48,429 bases of DNA, from the NCBI GenBank assembly GCA_041691695.1, contig JBEPUG010000004.1, forward strand, positions 1 through 48,429, read 5' to 3'. The position numbers were made by a program, and so were the translations under genes. The notes beneath the pieces were generated by a model. That model was not told the origin of the DNA and ran no database searches. It was given only the letters and a program-made list of their open reading frames with translations. This stretch comes from Flavobacteriales bacterium. GTDB lineage: Bacteria > Bacteroidota > Bacteroidia > Flavobacteriales_F > PHOS-HE28. Numbering within the stretch: position 1 is the first letter of the stretch; each line of letters opens with the position of its first letter. Positions 37,191 to 45,597 of the stretch are shown here, in pieces.

Positions 37191-37774
37191 TCTCCTACAT
37201 AACGGACAAAGTCCGGCAGCGGCTTGCGGTATCCTTTCGGCCATTCGCTTGCGGGATAGCCTATGTAAAAGAGGCCTAAGCACTGGTCGTCCTCAGCTAG
37301 GCCTAAGAATGTGCACATACCGGTTCCGGTGAGTGCCGCCCCGGTGCTCCAAAAGCCGCCCAGTCCGTAGGCGGAGCAGGTGAGGTGCATGTTCTGCACT
37401 GCGCACGCCACGGAGAACTGCTCTTCGTGCAAGGGGATCTTTCCCTTCGGGTCGCGGGCCATCCCCAAAGCGATCACAACAGAGGACTGCAAGGGGCGCT
37501 GCACATGATCCTCATACTTGCGCTGCATGAATTTCTCCGGAGGTGTCAGACGGGTGTATTCGGCACCAAGGAATTCTGAGAGGCGTTGTTTTCCACCTCC
37601 GGTGAATACCGTGAAACGCCAAGGCTGTGTCATCCCGTGTGTGGGTGCCCAGATGGCGTTGCCCAGCACCTTGTCGATGATATCCCGCTGCACCTCGCGC
37701 TGTGAATAGTCCTTTGGCTGGATGGTCCGCCGGTCGTGTATGATATCGGTGATCTCGCTAACGCTATGTCTCAT
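37187..37774 (-). CDS. nitroreductase-family protein
   Basis: RRTIQPKDYSQREV...AIWAPTHGMTQPWRFTVF...GGFWSTG pattern of the NAD(P)H nitroreductase fold. Confidence 0.8.
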   Translation of the reverse strand: MRHSVSEITDIIHDRRTIQPKDYSQREVQRDIIDKVLGNAIWAPTHGMTQPWRFTVFTGGGKQRLSEFLGAEYTRLTPPEKFMQRKYEDHVQRPLQSSVVIALGMARDPKGKIPLHEEQFSVACAVQNMHLTCSAYGLGGFWSTGAALTGTGMCTFLGLAEDDQCLGLFYIGYPASEWPKGYRKPLPDFVRYVGE

Positions 37775-37919
37775 TTCCTCTTATTTGGCCACAAAGAGAC
37801 GCAGAATGCGGATACTATCGAAGTGCGTATCGGTCATTCGCCAGCTGAACCAATGGGCATAGGCAACGATCTTCCTTTTTGGCGTGTCTTACTTTGCGGA
37901 CCCAAATCACTCCGTCAGC

Positions 37920-38960
37920 ATGGTTTCATTACGTTACTCCGTTTCCGCCCTAGCCTTGGCCAGTACCTTGATGGCCAGTGCGCAGATCACTTTGGTCGAT
38001 CCCGGTAATGTGCCCATGGTGGGCAGTAGCTTTCAAGTGCATGTCGGCCCTTGGATAGCAGCCGGGACCAGCGGTGCGTGGCAGGCTTACGACTACTCCA
38101 GCATGGTGGACACGGCCACGAATACGTATCACTGGCTTGCTCCGAGTGCGAGCCCGAACGCGGCCATGTTCCCCAATGCCACCTTGATGCTCGTGAACAA
38201 CGGACCGGACACGCTCTACTATCATGTTACAGCCAGTGGTATGGAGCGAGTGGGTGAAAGTCAGTTGGTCTCGCTGCTCGGAACACAATACCAGGTATCG
38301 GCGGCCTATACCGATGGTCCGCTCGAATTGAAACTGCCCTTGACCTATCAGGATACATGGACGGATGCGGACGCAGCCACCTATGAAGTGGATGGAACGC
38401 CCGCTGTCCGCTCCGGAACGATCACAGGAAGTTCCACCGCGTATGGAACCATCCTGATCCCCGGTGCTACGGGTCCGATCGAGATCTTGCGCGTGACCAC
38501 TCATTTGGCAGAAACGAACACGCTGGGCTTTATCCCGATATCCCATATACGCGATGTGGTGGCCTACTATCCGTTGTGGGGTAAGGCCCCTGTCCTGCGC
38601 ACCGTGTCCGATTCGCTGACTTCTTCCGGTATCGCGCAGATCACCAGATTCTCAGAATGGTTGGATGCCTCCGCATTGGGTATCTCCGTCATCAATGCGG
38701 ATGCTTTCGGCATGCATGTGCGCCCGAACCCCGTGAACACTGTTGCCGAGATCACCTTTGATGGTGGAAAGCATGGCGCACTGACCATGGATGTGATGGA
38801 TGTTCGAGGCAGTGTCGAACTGCATCGCAACGTGAACGGAAAAGGCAGTGACCAGGTAGAGCGCTTCCATGTTGGGGATTGGAATGCCGGGACCTATCAG
38901 ATACTGATGACCGCGGCCGATGGCACGCGAAGCACCTGCAGATTGGTTGTCTCGCATTGA
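37920..38960 (+). CDS. T9SS-sorted secreted protein (paralog A)
   Basis: Signal peptide ...ASTLMASAQ and C-terminal VRPNPVNTVAEITF...GTYQILMTAADGTRSTCRLVVSH. Start trimmed to ATG 37920. Confidence 0.7.
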   Translation: MVSLRYSVSALALASTLMASAQITLVDPGNVPMVGSSFQVHVGPWIAAGTSGAWQAYDYSSMVDTATNTYHWLAPSASPNAAMFPNATLMLVNNGPDTLYYHVTASGMERVGESQLVSLLGTQYQVSAAYTDGPLELKLPLTYQDTWTDADAATYEVDGTPAVRSGTITGSSTAYGTILIPGATGPIEILRVTTHLAETNTLGFIPISHIRDVVAYYPLWGKAPVLRTVSDSLTSSGIAQITRFSEWLDASALGISVINADAFGMHVRPNPVNTVAEITFDGGKHGALTMDVMDVRGSVELHRNVNGKGSDQVERFHVGDWNAGTYQILMTAADGTRSTCRLVVSH

Positions 38961-38992
38961 TCTCATCCTCCTCCCTTTTCCACTCCCTTGCA

Positions 38993-40033
38993 ATGACACG
39001 CTTCGCTAACGCACTTCCGGTTATTTACTCACTCCTCGTTCCTGCCATTCTCACCGCCCAGCCGACGATGAACCAATCCGATGCGCCGCAGGTGGACGAT
39101 GTTTTTCCCTACGTCACCGGTAGCTATGCGCCGATCACCACGGGCGGAGCTGATGTGCTTTGGGACCTCTCGGGTATCGGTACTTCGGCGGTGACCAACT
39201 TGCCGATCGAATCGCCGGATGCCACGGCCTTTGGTGATATCTACCCAACAGCAACGCTGGCACTGGATGGCGGTGGGGTGATCCAGTACATGCGCACCGA
39301 TTCCACCGGACTGTATATCGTGGGTATTTACAAATTGATCGCGCAGCAGAACATCCAGATCCACTATACGGATGAGCAGCTGTTCCTTCCGTATCCCTGC
39401 ACGTATAACACCGCATTCACTGATATCTATGCTTACAACTACAGCTTCACCGGGCAGAGCGGGATCGAAGTTGCTCAAGGTACAGGGAACAGCTCTTATT
39501 TAGCCGACGGTTTCGGTACGCTGGTGCTACCCTACGATACGATCTACAACGTGTTGAAGCTGACCGGTGTGGATACCGTATCGGAGAGTGTTCCGGGGAC
39601 CTCGTATGTGACGGCGATCCAGCAGGTCTACTTCTACAAGCCCGGGGTCCACTATTACGTTCTCAATAGCCAGGCCTTGAGCCAGAGCGTGAACGGGGGA
39701 CCCCCTGCGACCGGATTCGGTTTGTTCTACCTCGATCAATCCGCTTTCTCGGGGATACATGAGGACCTCAAGCAGGCGATCGGAGTGGATGCTTGGCCAA
39801 ACCCAGCGCAGGACATCCTGAACGTGGCATACGGGGTTGCGGGCGGGCATCAGATCGAGCTGGACCTGTTCGATGCCACCGGACGAACCATGCGCACACT
39901 GCACACAACGACCGGCACTTCGGGCATTCAGCGCACCGAGTTGGATGTGAAAGGATTGCCAGCAGGGATCTATCTGCTGAAAGTGTCCGACGATCACGGT
40001 CAGCGCGGCACGCGCCGGGTGGTGATCCAGTAA
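38993..40033 (+). CDS. T9SS-sorted secreted protein (paralog B)
   Basis: Signal peptide ...LLVPAILTAQ and C-terminal AWPNPAQDILNVAY...GIYLLKVSDDHGQRGTRRVVIQ. Start trimmed to ATG 38993; same length (1041 nt) as paralog A. Confidence 0.7.
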   Translation: MTRFANALPVIYSLLVPAILTAQPTMNQSDAPQVDDVFPYVTGSYAPITTGGADVLWDLSGIGTSAVTNLPIESPDATAFGDIYPTATLALDGGGVIQYMRTDSTGLYIVGIYKLIAQQNIQIHYTDEQLFLPYPCTYNTAFTDIYAYNYSFTGQSGIEVAQGTGNSSYLADGFGTLVLPYDTIYNVLKLTGVDTVSESVPGTSYVTAIQQVYFYKPGVHYYVLNSQALSQSVNGGPPATGFGLFYLDQSAFSGIHEDLKQAIGVDAWPNPAQDILNVAYGVAGGHQIELDLFDATGRTMRTLHTTTGTSGIQRTELDVKGLPAGIYLLKVSDDHGQRGTRRVVIQ

Positions 40034-40126
40034 GTGAGCCCTGCTGGGCGGGTCGGCAGGCCGCTACCGTTTCGGTCACGTTTACCTTTGTACCCCGGCG
40101 CCATCAAGCGCTTGGTGCATGTGCTG

Positions 40127-41215
40127 ATGCTCGGTCTACGCTTTGAAAGATTCCTCCCTCCAAAGGACGATCGCTCGCCCTTCGAGAAATTGCTGCCCAT
40201 CTTCCTGGAGATCCTCACCCACACCAGTGGCGATGTGGAGGAAGCGCTGGACTGGATGCAAGAAGTGGATAAGGAACACGGGCTCTTCACAGCGGAATAC
40301 ACCTTTGAGAACTTCAAGGATGACCTCTTCAAGCAGGGCATTCTGGGCGTGCTGACCGGAGGTGAAAAGGTCGGTCTCACCGGCAAGGCGGAACGCCTCA
40401 TACGCGAGCACGCGCTGGAGCAGGTCTTCGGCAAGTTGAAGAAGAGCGACCGCGGAGCCCATGGACTTCGCCGCAGCGGACAAGGCGATGAGACCACCAG
40501 CGACCGCCGCGCTTACCGCTTTGGCGATGCGTTGGAGCAGGTCGCGATGAGTGACAGCATCCGCAACGCTCAGCAACGCGGCATTGAAGAACTGCGCATG
40601 AGCGAGGATGACCTCGAAGTGGTGGAGACCGAGCACCAGAGCGCTTGCGCCACAGTGCTGATGATCGACATCAGCCACAGCATGATCCTCTATGGAGAAG
40701 ACCGCATCACCCCCGCTAAAAAAGTGGCGATGGCACTTGCCGAATTGATCGCGCGCCGCTATCCGAAGGACACGCTGGACATCGTGGTCTTCGGCAATGA
40801 CGCTTGGGAAGTGAGCTTGAAGGACCTGCCCTACCTGCAAGTGGGGCCGTTCCATACCAACACGGTCGCTGGGCTGGAATTGGCTATGGACATCCTGCGC
40901 CGCCGCAAGCTGAAGAACCGACGCATTGTGATGATCACCGACGGAAAGCCCAGTTGCATCAAGCGCGACGGCGAGTACTACATGAACAGCATTGGGCTGG
41001 ATGACCTAATCGTGGCCCGCACGCTGGACGCCGCGATGCGTGCGCGCAAGGCGAAGATCCCCATCACCACCTTCATGATCGCGCAAGACCCCTACTTGCA
41101 GCGCTTCATCGAGCGCTTCACCGAGGTGAACCAGGGACGCGCATTCTACACCGGCCTTCAAGGCCTCGCGGACATGGTGTTCCGCGATCATGCGAGCAAT
41201 CGAAAAGCCTCTTGA
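40127..41215 (+). CDS. von Willebrand factor A (vWA) domain protein
   Basis: Complete MIDAS set: DISHS, a downstream T (HTNT) and ITDGKPS. An alpha-helical N-terminal region precedes it. Start trimmed to MLGLRFERF. Confidence 0.75.
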   Translation: MLGLRFERFLPPKDDRSPFEKLLPIFLEILTHTSGDVEEALDWMQEVDKEHGLFTAEYTFENFKDDLFKQGILGVLTGGEKVGLTGKAERLIREHALEQVFGKLKKSDRGAHGLRRSGQGDETTSDRRAYRFGDALEQVAMSDSIRNAQQRGIEELRMSEDDLEVVETEHQSACATVLMIDISHSMILYGEDRITPAKKVAMALAELIARRYPKDTLDIVVFGNDAWEVSLKDLPYLQVGPFHTNTVAGLELAMDILRRRKLKNRRIVMITDGKPSCIKRDGEYYMNSIGLDDLIVARTLDAAMRARKAKIPITTFMIAQDPYLQRFIERFTEVNQGRAFYTGLQGLADMVFRDHASNRKAS

Positions 41216-41231
41216 ATCTTATCCCCATACC

Positions 41232-41250
41232 GTCGACCCGTTGGGTCGAC
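41232..41250. repeat. REP-like perfect palindrome GTCGACCC-GTT-GGGTCGAC (copy 2)
   Basis: Same stem as 14833-14851. It sits between the vWA stop and the AAA+ start. Confidence 0.8.
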
Positions 41251-41262
41251 AAATCCCCGAAA

Positions 41263-42750
41263 ATGCCAGCACAACCCAAGAACTTCGGCGAACTCAAGAA
41301 GAGCGGCTGGAAGCCGCGCACCGTGAAGCAGGAGCTTCGCGCGAACCTCATTGCACGAATCCGCGCAGGGCTGCCGCTTTTCGAAGGCATCCACGGCTAT
41401 GCCGATACGGTGGTGCCCGCCATGGAACGCGCGATCCTCGCCGGCCACAGCATCAACCTGCTCGGCCTTCGCGGACAGGCGAAGACGCGCATGGCCAGAT
41501 CACTCGTGCAACTGCTGGATGAATGGATGCCTGTTGTGGAAGGCAGCGAACTCAACGACGATCCCTTCGCACCGGTTTCGCGCTATACGAAGGACCTTGT
41601 CGCCGCGAAGGGCGATTCCACACCGATCACCTGGATCCATCGCGATGAGCGCTACACCGAGAAACTCGCCACCCCGGACGTTACCGTGGCGGACCTCATA
41701 GGGGACAGTGATCCCATCAAAGCCGCCAACCTCAAACTCGATTACAGCGACGAGCGCGTGATCCACTTCGGGCTCGTGCCCCGCAGCAACCGCGGCATCT
41801 TCGTCATCAACGAGCTGCCCGACCTGCAACCACGGATCCAGGTCGCACTCTTCAACATCCTGCAAGAAGGCGATGTGCAGGTGCGCGGGTTCAAGATGCG
41901 CCTCCCGCTGGACATCCAGTTCGTCTTCACTGCGAATCCGGAGGACTACACGAACCGCGGCGCCATCATCACACCGCTGAAGGACCGTATCCAGAGCCAG
42001 ATCCTCACGCACTATCCCGATAGCATCGAGCTGGGCATGAAGATCACCGCGCAGGAAGCGCGCTCGCCCGAGGAACAGCGCGCCACGGTGGATGTGCCCG
42101 ACCTGATGCGCGTTCTGGTAGAGCGCATCACCATGGAAGCGCGGGACAGTGAGTTCGTGGACCGCAAGAGCGGCGTGAGCGCGCGCTTGGCGATCGGTGC
42201 ACTGGAGAGTGTAGTGAGCGCGGCCGAGAGACGCGCGCTATACAATAATGAGAAGCACACTATGGTGCGCATCGGCGACCTTTTTGCTGTGGTGCCCGCC
42301 ATCACCGGTAAGATCGAATTGGTGTATGAAGGTGAGCAGGAGGGACCCGAGAAAGTGGCGCAGCACCTGATCAGCCTGGCGCTGCGGAAGACCTTCAAGC
42401 AGCTTTTCTCCGATCCCTCGCCCAAGCGACGCGGAACGGGCGCAGACCCCTATGCAAGTGTCGTGGCTTGGTTCAATGAGAACGAGACGGATGTGCTATT
42501 GGAAGGCGATACGAAGAGCTATCGGTCTTCACTGGAGTCGGTGAACGGTCTGGACAAAGTGTTGTCCGTGCACCCAGCACCGATCGATGAAAAGGAGCGC
42601 TTGCTCTGGATGGAATTCATCCTGCATGGCCTCGCCGAACACAGCCGCATCGGCCGCTCGAGCTATGCCACCGGCGTGCTCTTCGGCGATGTGATGAGCT
42701 CGGTCCTATCCATGGATGAAGAGGACGAGGAGGATGATAGTCCGCTTTGA
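41263..42750 (+). CDS. ChlI/BchI-like AAA+ ATPase with non-canonical Walker motifs
   Basis: The Mg-chelatase-I-like core is roughly colinear with my recollection of BchI. Walker A position reads GLRGQAKT (41464-41487) and Walker B position reads IFVINE (41797-41814). Acidic tail EEDEEDD. Start trimmed to MPAQPKNFGELKK. Confidence 0.7.
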   Translation: MPAQPKNFGELKKSGWKPRTVKQELRANLIARIRAGLPLFEGIHGYADTVVPAMERAILAGHSINLLGLRGQAKTRMARSLVQLLDEWMPVVEGSELNDDPFAPVSRYTKDLVAAKGDSTPITWIHRDERYTEKLATPDVTVADLIGDSDPIKAANLKLDYSDERVIHFGLVPRSNRGIFVINELPDLQPRIQVALFNILQEGDVQVRGFKMRLPLDIQFVFTANPEDYTNRGAIITPLKDRIQSQILTHYPDSIELGMKITAQEARSPEEQRATVDVPDLMRVLVERITMEARDSEFVDRKSGVSARLAIGALESVVSAAERRALYNNEKHTMVRIGDLFAVVPAITGKIELVYEGEQEGPEKVAQHLISLALRKTFKQLFSDPSPKRRGTGADPYASVVAWFNENETDVLLEGDTKSYRSSLESVNGLDKVLSVHPAPIDEKERLLWMEFILHGLAEHSRIGRSSYATGVLFGDVMSSVLSMDEEDEEDDSPL

Positions 42751-42759
42751 TCCGCTGAG

Positions 42760-43003
42760 AATGCCAACCGCCGACGGCCGCCGAGAATTCGGACATGTGA
42801 GGAATACAAACCGCCGATTTCGCCGATAAGCGCCGAAAATGCGAACATGCGGGGTGGGAATGCGAACCGCCGATGAACAACCGCTGACGTCATCGCGAGC
42901 AGCTCCGAGCCTAACTGGCTGCGAAGCGATCTTGGCGTGGCGCCTGCGGCACCAAGCGAAACGCGAACCGCCGATCGCGCTGATCGACGCCGATAATGCG
43001 AAC
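42760..43003. repeat. array of AATGCGAACCGCCGAT-type 16-mers
   Basis: Variant copies start at 42760, 42803, 42859 and 42960, with partial copies at 42838 and 42995. A GTCAT-initiated hairpin lies at 42889-42931. Confidence 0.7.
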
Positions 43004-43446
43004 TCTTCTGGGGATCACCGATCGTGACGGCGTTTTGAGCGCACCATCCGTTTCACTTGGAGCTTTTCCGCGCCGAAGTTCAAGAGGAGGCCGCGTTCCA
43101 TGCCAGTAGCCTTTAGGTAGTTCAAGAGTTGGGCTTCATCAATGTTCGTGAGCGCCTTGATCGCTTTCAACTCAACAACGATATTGGAAAAGCAGATCAG
43201 ATCTGCGCGGAAAATCGTTGAGAGTGGCTTACCCCTTATAGAGGACCGGTAATCGCACTTCGCTTTCGAAAGGAACCACGCCCAACTTCAGTTCCTCGAT
43301 CAACGCTTCCTGATAAACGCTTTCCAGAAACCCCGATCCGAGCTGCCTGTGAACCTCCATCGCAGCACCGATGATCGCGTACGTCTCATGGTCATGCTCT
43401 TCCATCTAAGCTGATCTATCGGCGTTCATCGGCGCGATCGGCGGTT
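42966..43446 (-). mobile_element. 30-nt terminal-inverted-repeat element carrying a GxxExxY gene
   Basis: 42966-42995 is AACCGCCGATCGCGCTGATCGACGCCGATA. The reverse complement of 43417-43446 is AACCGCCGATCGCGCCGATGAACGCCGATA, giving 27/30. Confidence 0.5.
43015..43405 (-). pseudogene. GxxExxY-family (PD-(D/E)XK-like) protein gene interrupted by a 1-nt frameshift
   Basis: ATG 43405 opens MEEHDHETYAIIGAAMEVHRQLGSGFLESVYQEAL...PVLYKG, then TAA (43229-43231). The +1 frame continues KPLSTIFRADLICFSNIVVELKAIKAL...AQLLNYLKATGMERGLLLNFG...KRMV to TGA at 43015. Neither half reaches the ORF-track length cut-off. Confidence 0.65.
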
Positions 43447-43454
43447 TTTTCCTT

Positions 43455-45134
43455 TCAAACGTCCGCGGTTTCACCCCGCAACTTGCTATGCCTCCGGCTA
43501 TAAAGAGCGTACACGAGCAGCCCCACCGCCATCCAGCCGAAGAACACCATCCAGCTCTTCGCCGGTATCTCGATCATTAGGTAAGCGCAGCTCAGCATGC
43601 CGACGCAGGGGATCAGCGAATACCGCCTGCGGAAGGCTTGCACCGCGGTGCCCAGCGCGAATACCGCAAAGGCAGTCAGCAGGATGGCTTGACGGTCCAG
43701 GTGCATGCTTGTCACCGCGTTGAGGAGGCGTTCGTGATCGAGGATGAAGTAGGCAAGCACCAAGAGGGGTAGAAGGAAACGCCCGTTGATGTAGGGGATC
43801 TGGAAGCGCTTTTGGCCGTTGCCGTCCAGCTCACCTACGCGGGGCAGCAGCAGCACACCGCCGCAGACCAGCGTGAACGCGAAGAGCGTTCCGATGGAAG
43901 TAAGGTCCGTGATGATCCCACTCGGCGCGAAAAGCGCGGGCACCGCTACCAACACGCCCGCAACGACCGTGGCGAAGGCCGGTGTGCCGTACTTCCTGTG
44001 CAGATGCCCGAAACGTGGAGGAAGCAGTCCGTCGCGGCTCATGCTCATCCAGATGCGCGGTTGGCCCAGTTGGAAAACGAGTAGCACGCTCGTGGCCGCC
44101 AGCACCGCGCCGATGCTCACGGCGAAACCTACTACGGGCAGATCGATCTTGTTGAAGACGAAGGCCAATGGGTCCATCACGCCCTTGAATTCCGCGGAGG
44201 GCACCATGCCGGTGAGGACCAGCGCCGTGATGCAGTAGATCACCGTGCAGATGATCAGCGCGTACATCATACTGCGTGGCAGGTCGCGTTGGGGGTCCTT
44301 GCATTCCTCCGCCGTGGTGCTGATGGCGTCGAAGCCGATGTAGGCGAAGAACACCGCGCTCACTCCTTTCAGCACGCCGCCCATGCCGTTGGGCAGGAAG
44401 GGCACATAGTTCGCGCCCTTGATGTACCAGAGCCCGATCAACGCCACCGCGCCGAGGATCACCAGCTTCACCATCACCATCAGGTTCGCGGCCTTCTTGC
44501 TTTCTTGAATGCCGATGTACACCAGGGCCGTCACCGCCACCACGATCAACGCGGCTGGGATGTTCATGATCACATGCCAGCCCGCGATCACCGGAGCCGT
44601 GGCCCACGCGAGACCAACCGTGGCCTGGCCGGTCGCGAGCGCGTGGTCGAACGCTTCCTTGGCCGTCAGCGGGTCCGCCGCCAGCCAAGTGGGCATGTTG
44701 ATGCCGAAGGCGCGCAGGATGTTGGTGAAGTAGCTGCTCCACGAGATCGCCACCACCACATTGCCGATGGCGTACTCGAGGATCAATGCCCAGCCGATGA
44801 TCCACGCCACCACCTCGCCGAAGGTGACGTAGCTGTAGGTGTATGCGCTGCCACTCACGGGCACGCGCCCTGCGAACTCCGCATAGCATAAGGCCGTGAG
44901 GCCGCAGACCGCCGCCGTGATGATGAAGAGGAAGACCACGCCTGGGCCGCCCTCATAGGCCGCCGCGCCCACGGTGCTGAAGATGCCCGCGCCGATCACC
45001 GCCGCCACACCCATGAAGGTGAGGTCGCGCACGGTGAGGGTGCGGTTCATCCCCTGATGGCCGTCCGCTTCCCGCTGCGCCTGATCGCGCAAGATGCGCT
45101 CCACTGATTTCTTGCGGAAGAGGGAGTTGGCCAT
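43455..45134 (-). CDS. amino acid permease (APC superfamily, cationic amino-acid transporter-like)
   Basis: About 12-14 TM segments, with N-terminal LTVRDLTFMGVAAVIGAGIFST and AEFAGRVPVSGSAYTYSY motifs. Start trimmed to MANSLFRKKS (ATG 45134). Confidence 0.88.
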   Translation of the reverse strand: MANSLFRKKSVERILRDQAQREADGHQGMNRTLTVRDLTFMGVAAVIGAGIFSTVGAAAYEGGPGVVFLFIITAAVCGLTALCYAEFAGRVPVSGSAYTYSYVTFGEVVAWIIGWALILEYAIGNVVVAISWSSYFTNILRAFGINMPTWLAADPLTAKEAFDHALATGQATVGLAWATAPVIAGWHVIMNIPAALIVVAVTALVYIGIQESKKAANLMVMVKLVILGAVALIGLWYIKGANYVPFLPNGMGGVLKGVSAVFFAYIGFDAISTTAEECKDPQRDLPRSMMYALIICTVIYCITALVLTGMVPSAEFKGVMDPLAFVFNKIDLPVVGFAVSIGAVLAATSVLLVFQLGQPRIWMSMSRDGLLPPRFGHLHRKYGTPAFATVVAGVLVAVPALFAPSGIITDLTSIGTLFAFTLVCGGVLLLPRVGELDGNGQKRFQIPYINGRFLLPLLVLAYFILDHERLLNAVTSMHLDRQAILLTAFAVFALGTAVQAFRRRYSLIPCVGMLSCAYLMIEIPAKSWMVFFGWMAVGLLVYALYSRRHSKLRGETADV

Positions 45135-45561
45135 GGAGCTGTTTCGGTAGGCAGGCAAAGTAGGCAATGGGCGGGGAGGGGCGCTCGTGCGGGCTGTCAT
45201 CCCGGGTCCCGCCTCGGTTAGTGTCGGCTTACCCCGGTTATGACGGACAGGTCCTCCAGTAAAGTTTCGCCTGCATGGTATCACCCCAACCGCTCACTGA
45301 TCCAGCCGTAATTCATCTCCGGCCTCCAGGCCAGTGGTTCGCCATGTTGCATGCGGTATCGGCGCCTTGCCCGGTGTAGTTCGACTGGAAGCACTAAGCC
45401 CTCCGCAAGCCCAAGATCGAACTCACCCGCCCCGGCAGGTGGTCAAGGCAGCACGGCGTTTGTTAGCCCACAACCCACGCCGATAGCGGCCTCCCCGCCA
45501 TGCTTGGATCTTTTTAACGGCCCCATTGCTGGGCTGGCCCCCCGCCACAAGGCGATCCGGT

Positions 45562-45569
45562 TACATTTG
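45562..45569 (+). promoter_or_regulatory. candidate -7 box TACATTTG upstream of the PPIase gene
   Basis: Perfect TAnnTTTG, 28 nt before ATG 45598. Confidence 0.45.
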
Positions 45570-45597
45570 ACGCCCTTTACAACCGTACCACCCAACA

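Noticed and set aside
45430-45452. SRP-RNA-like string GGTCAAGGCAGCA, and RNase P-like CGGCTTACC at about 45225
   Set aside because: These are isolated short matches. The GGAA/GNAR tetraloop helix of SRP RNA and the GAGGAAAGUCC core of RNase P RNA are absent on both strands.
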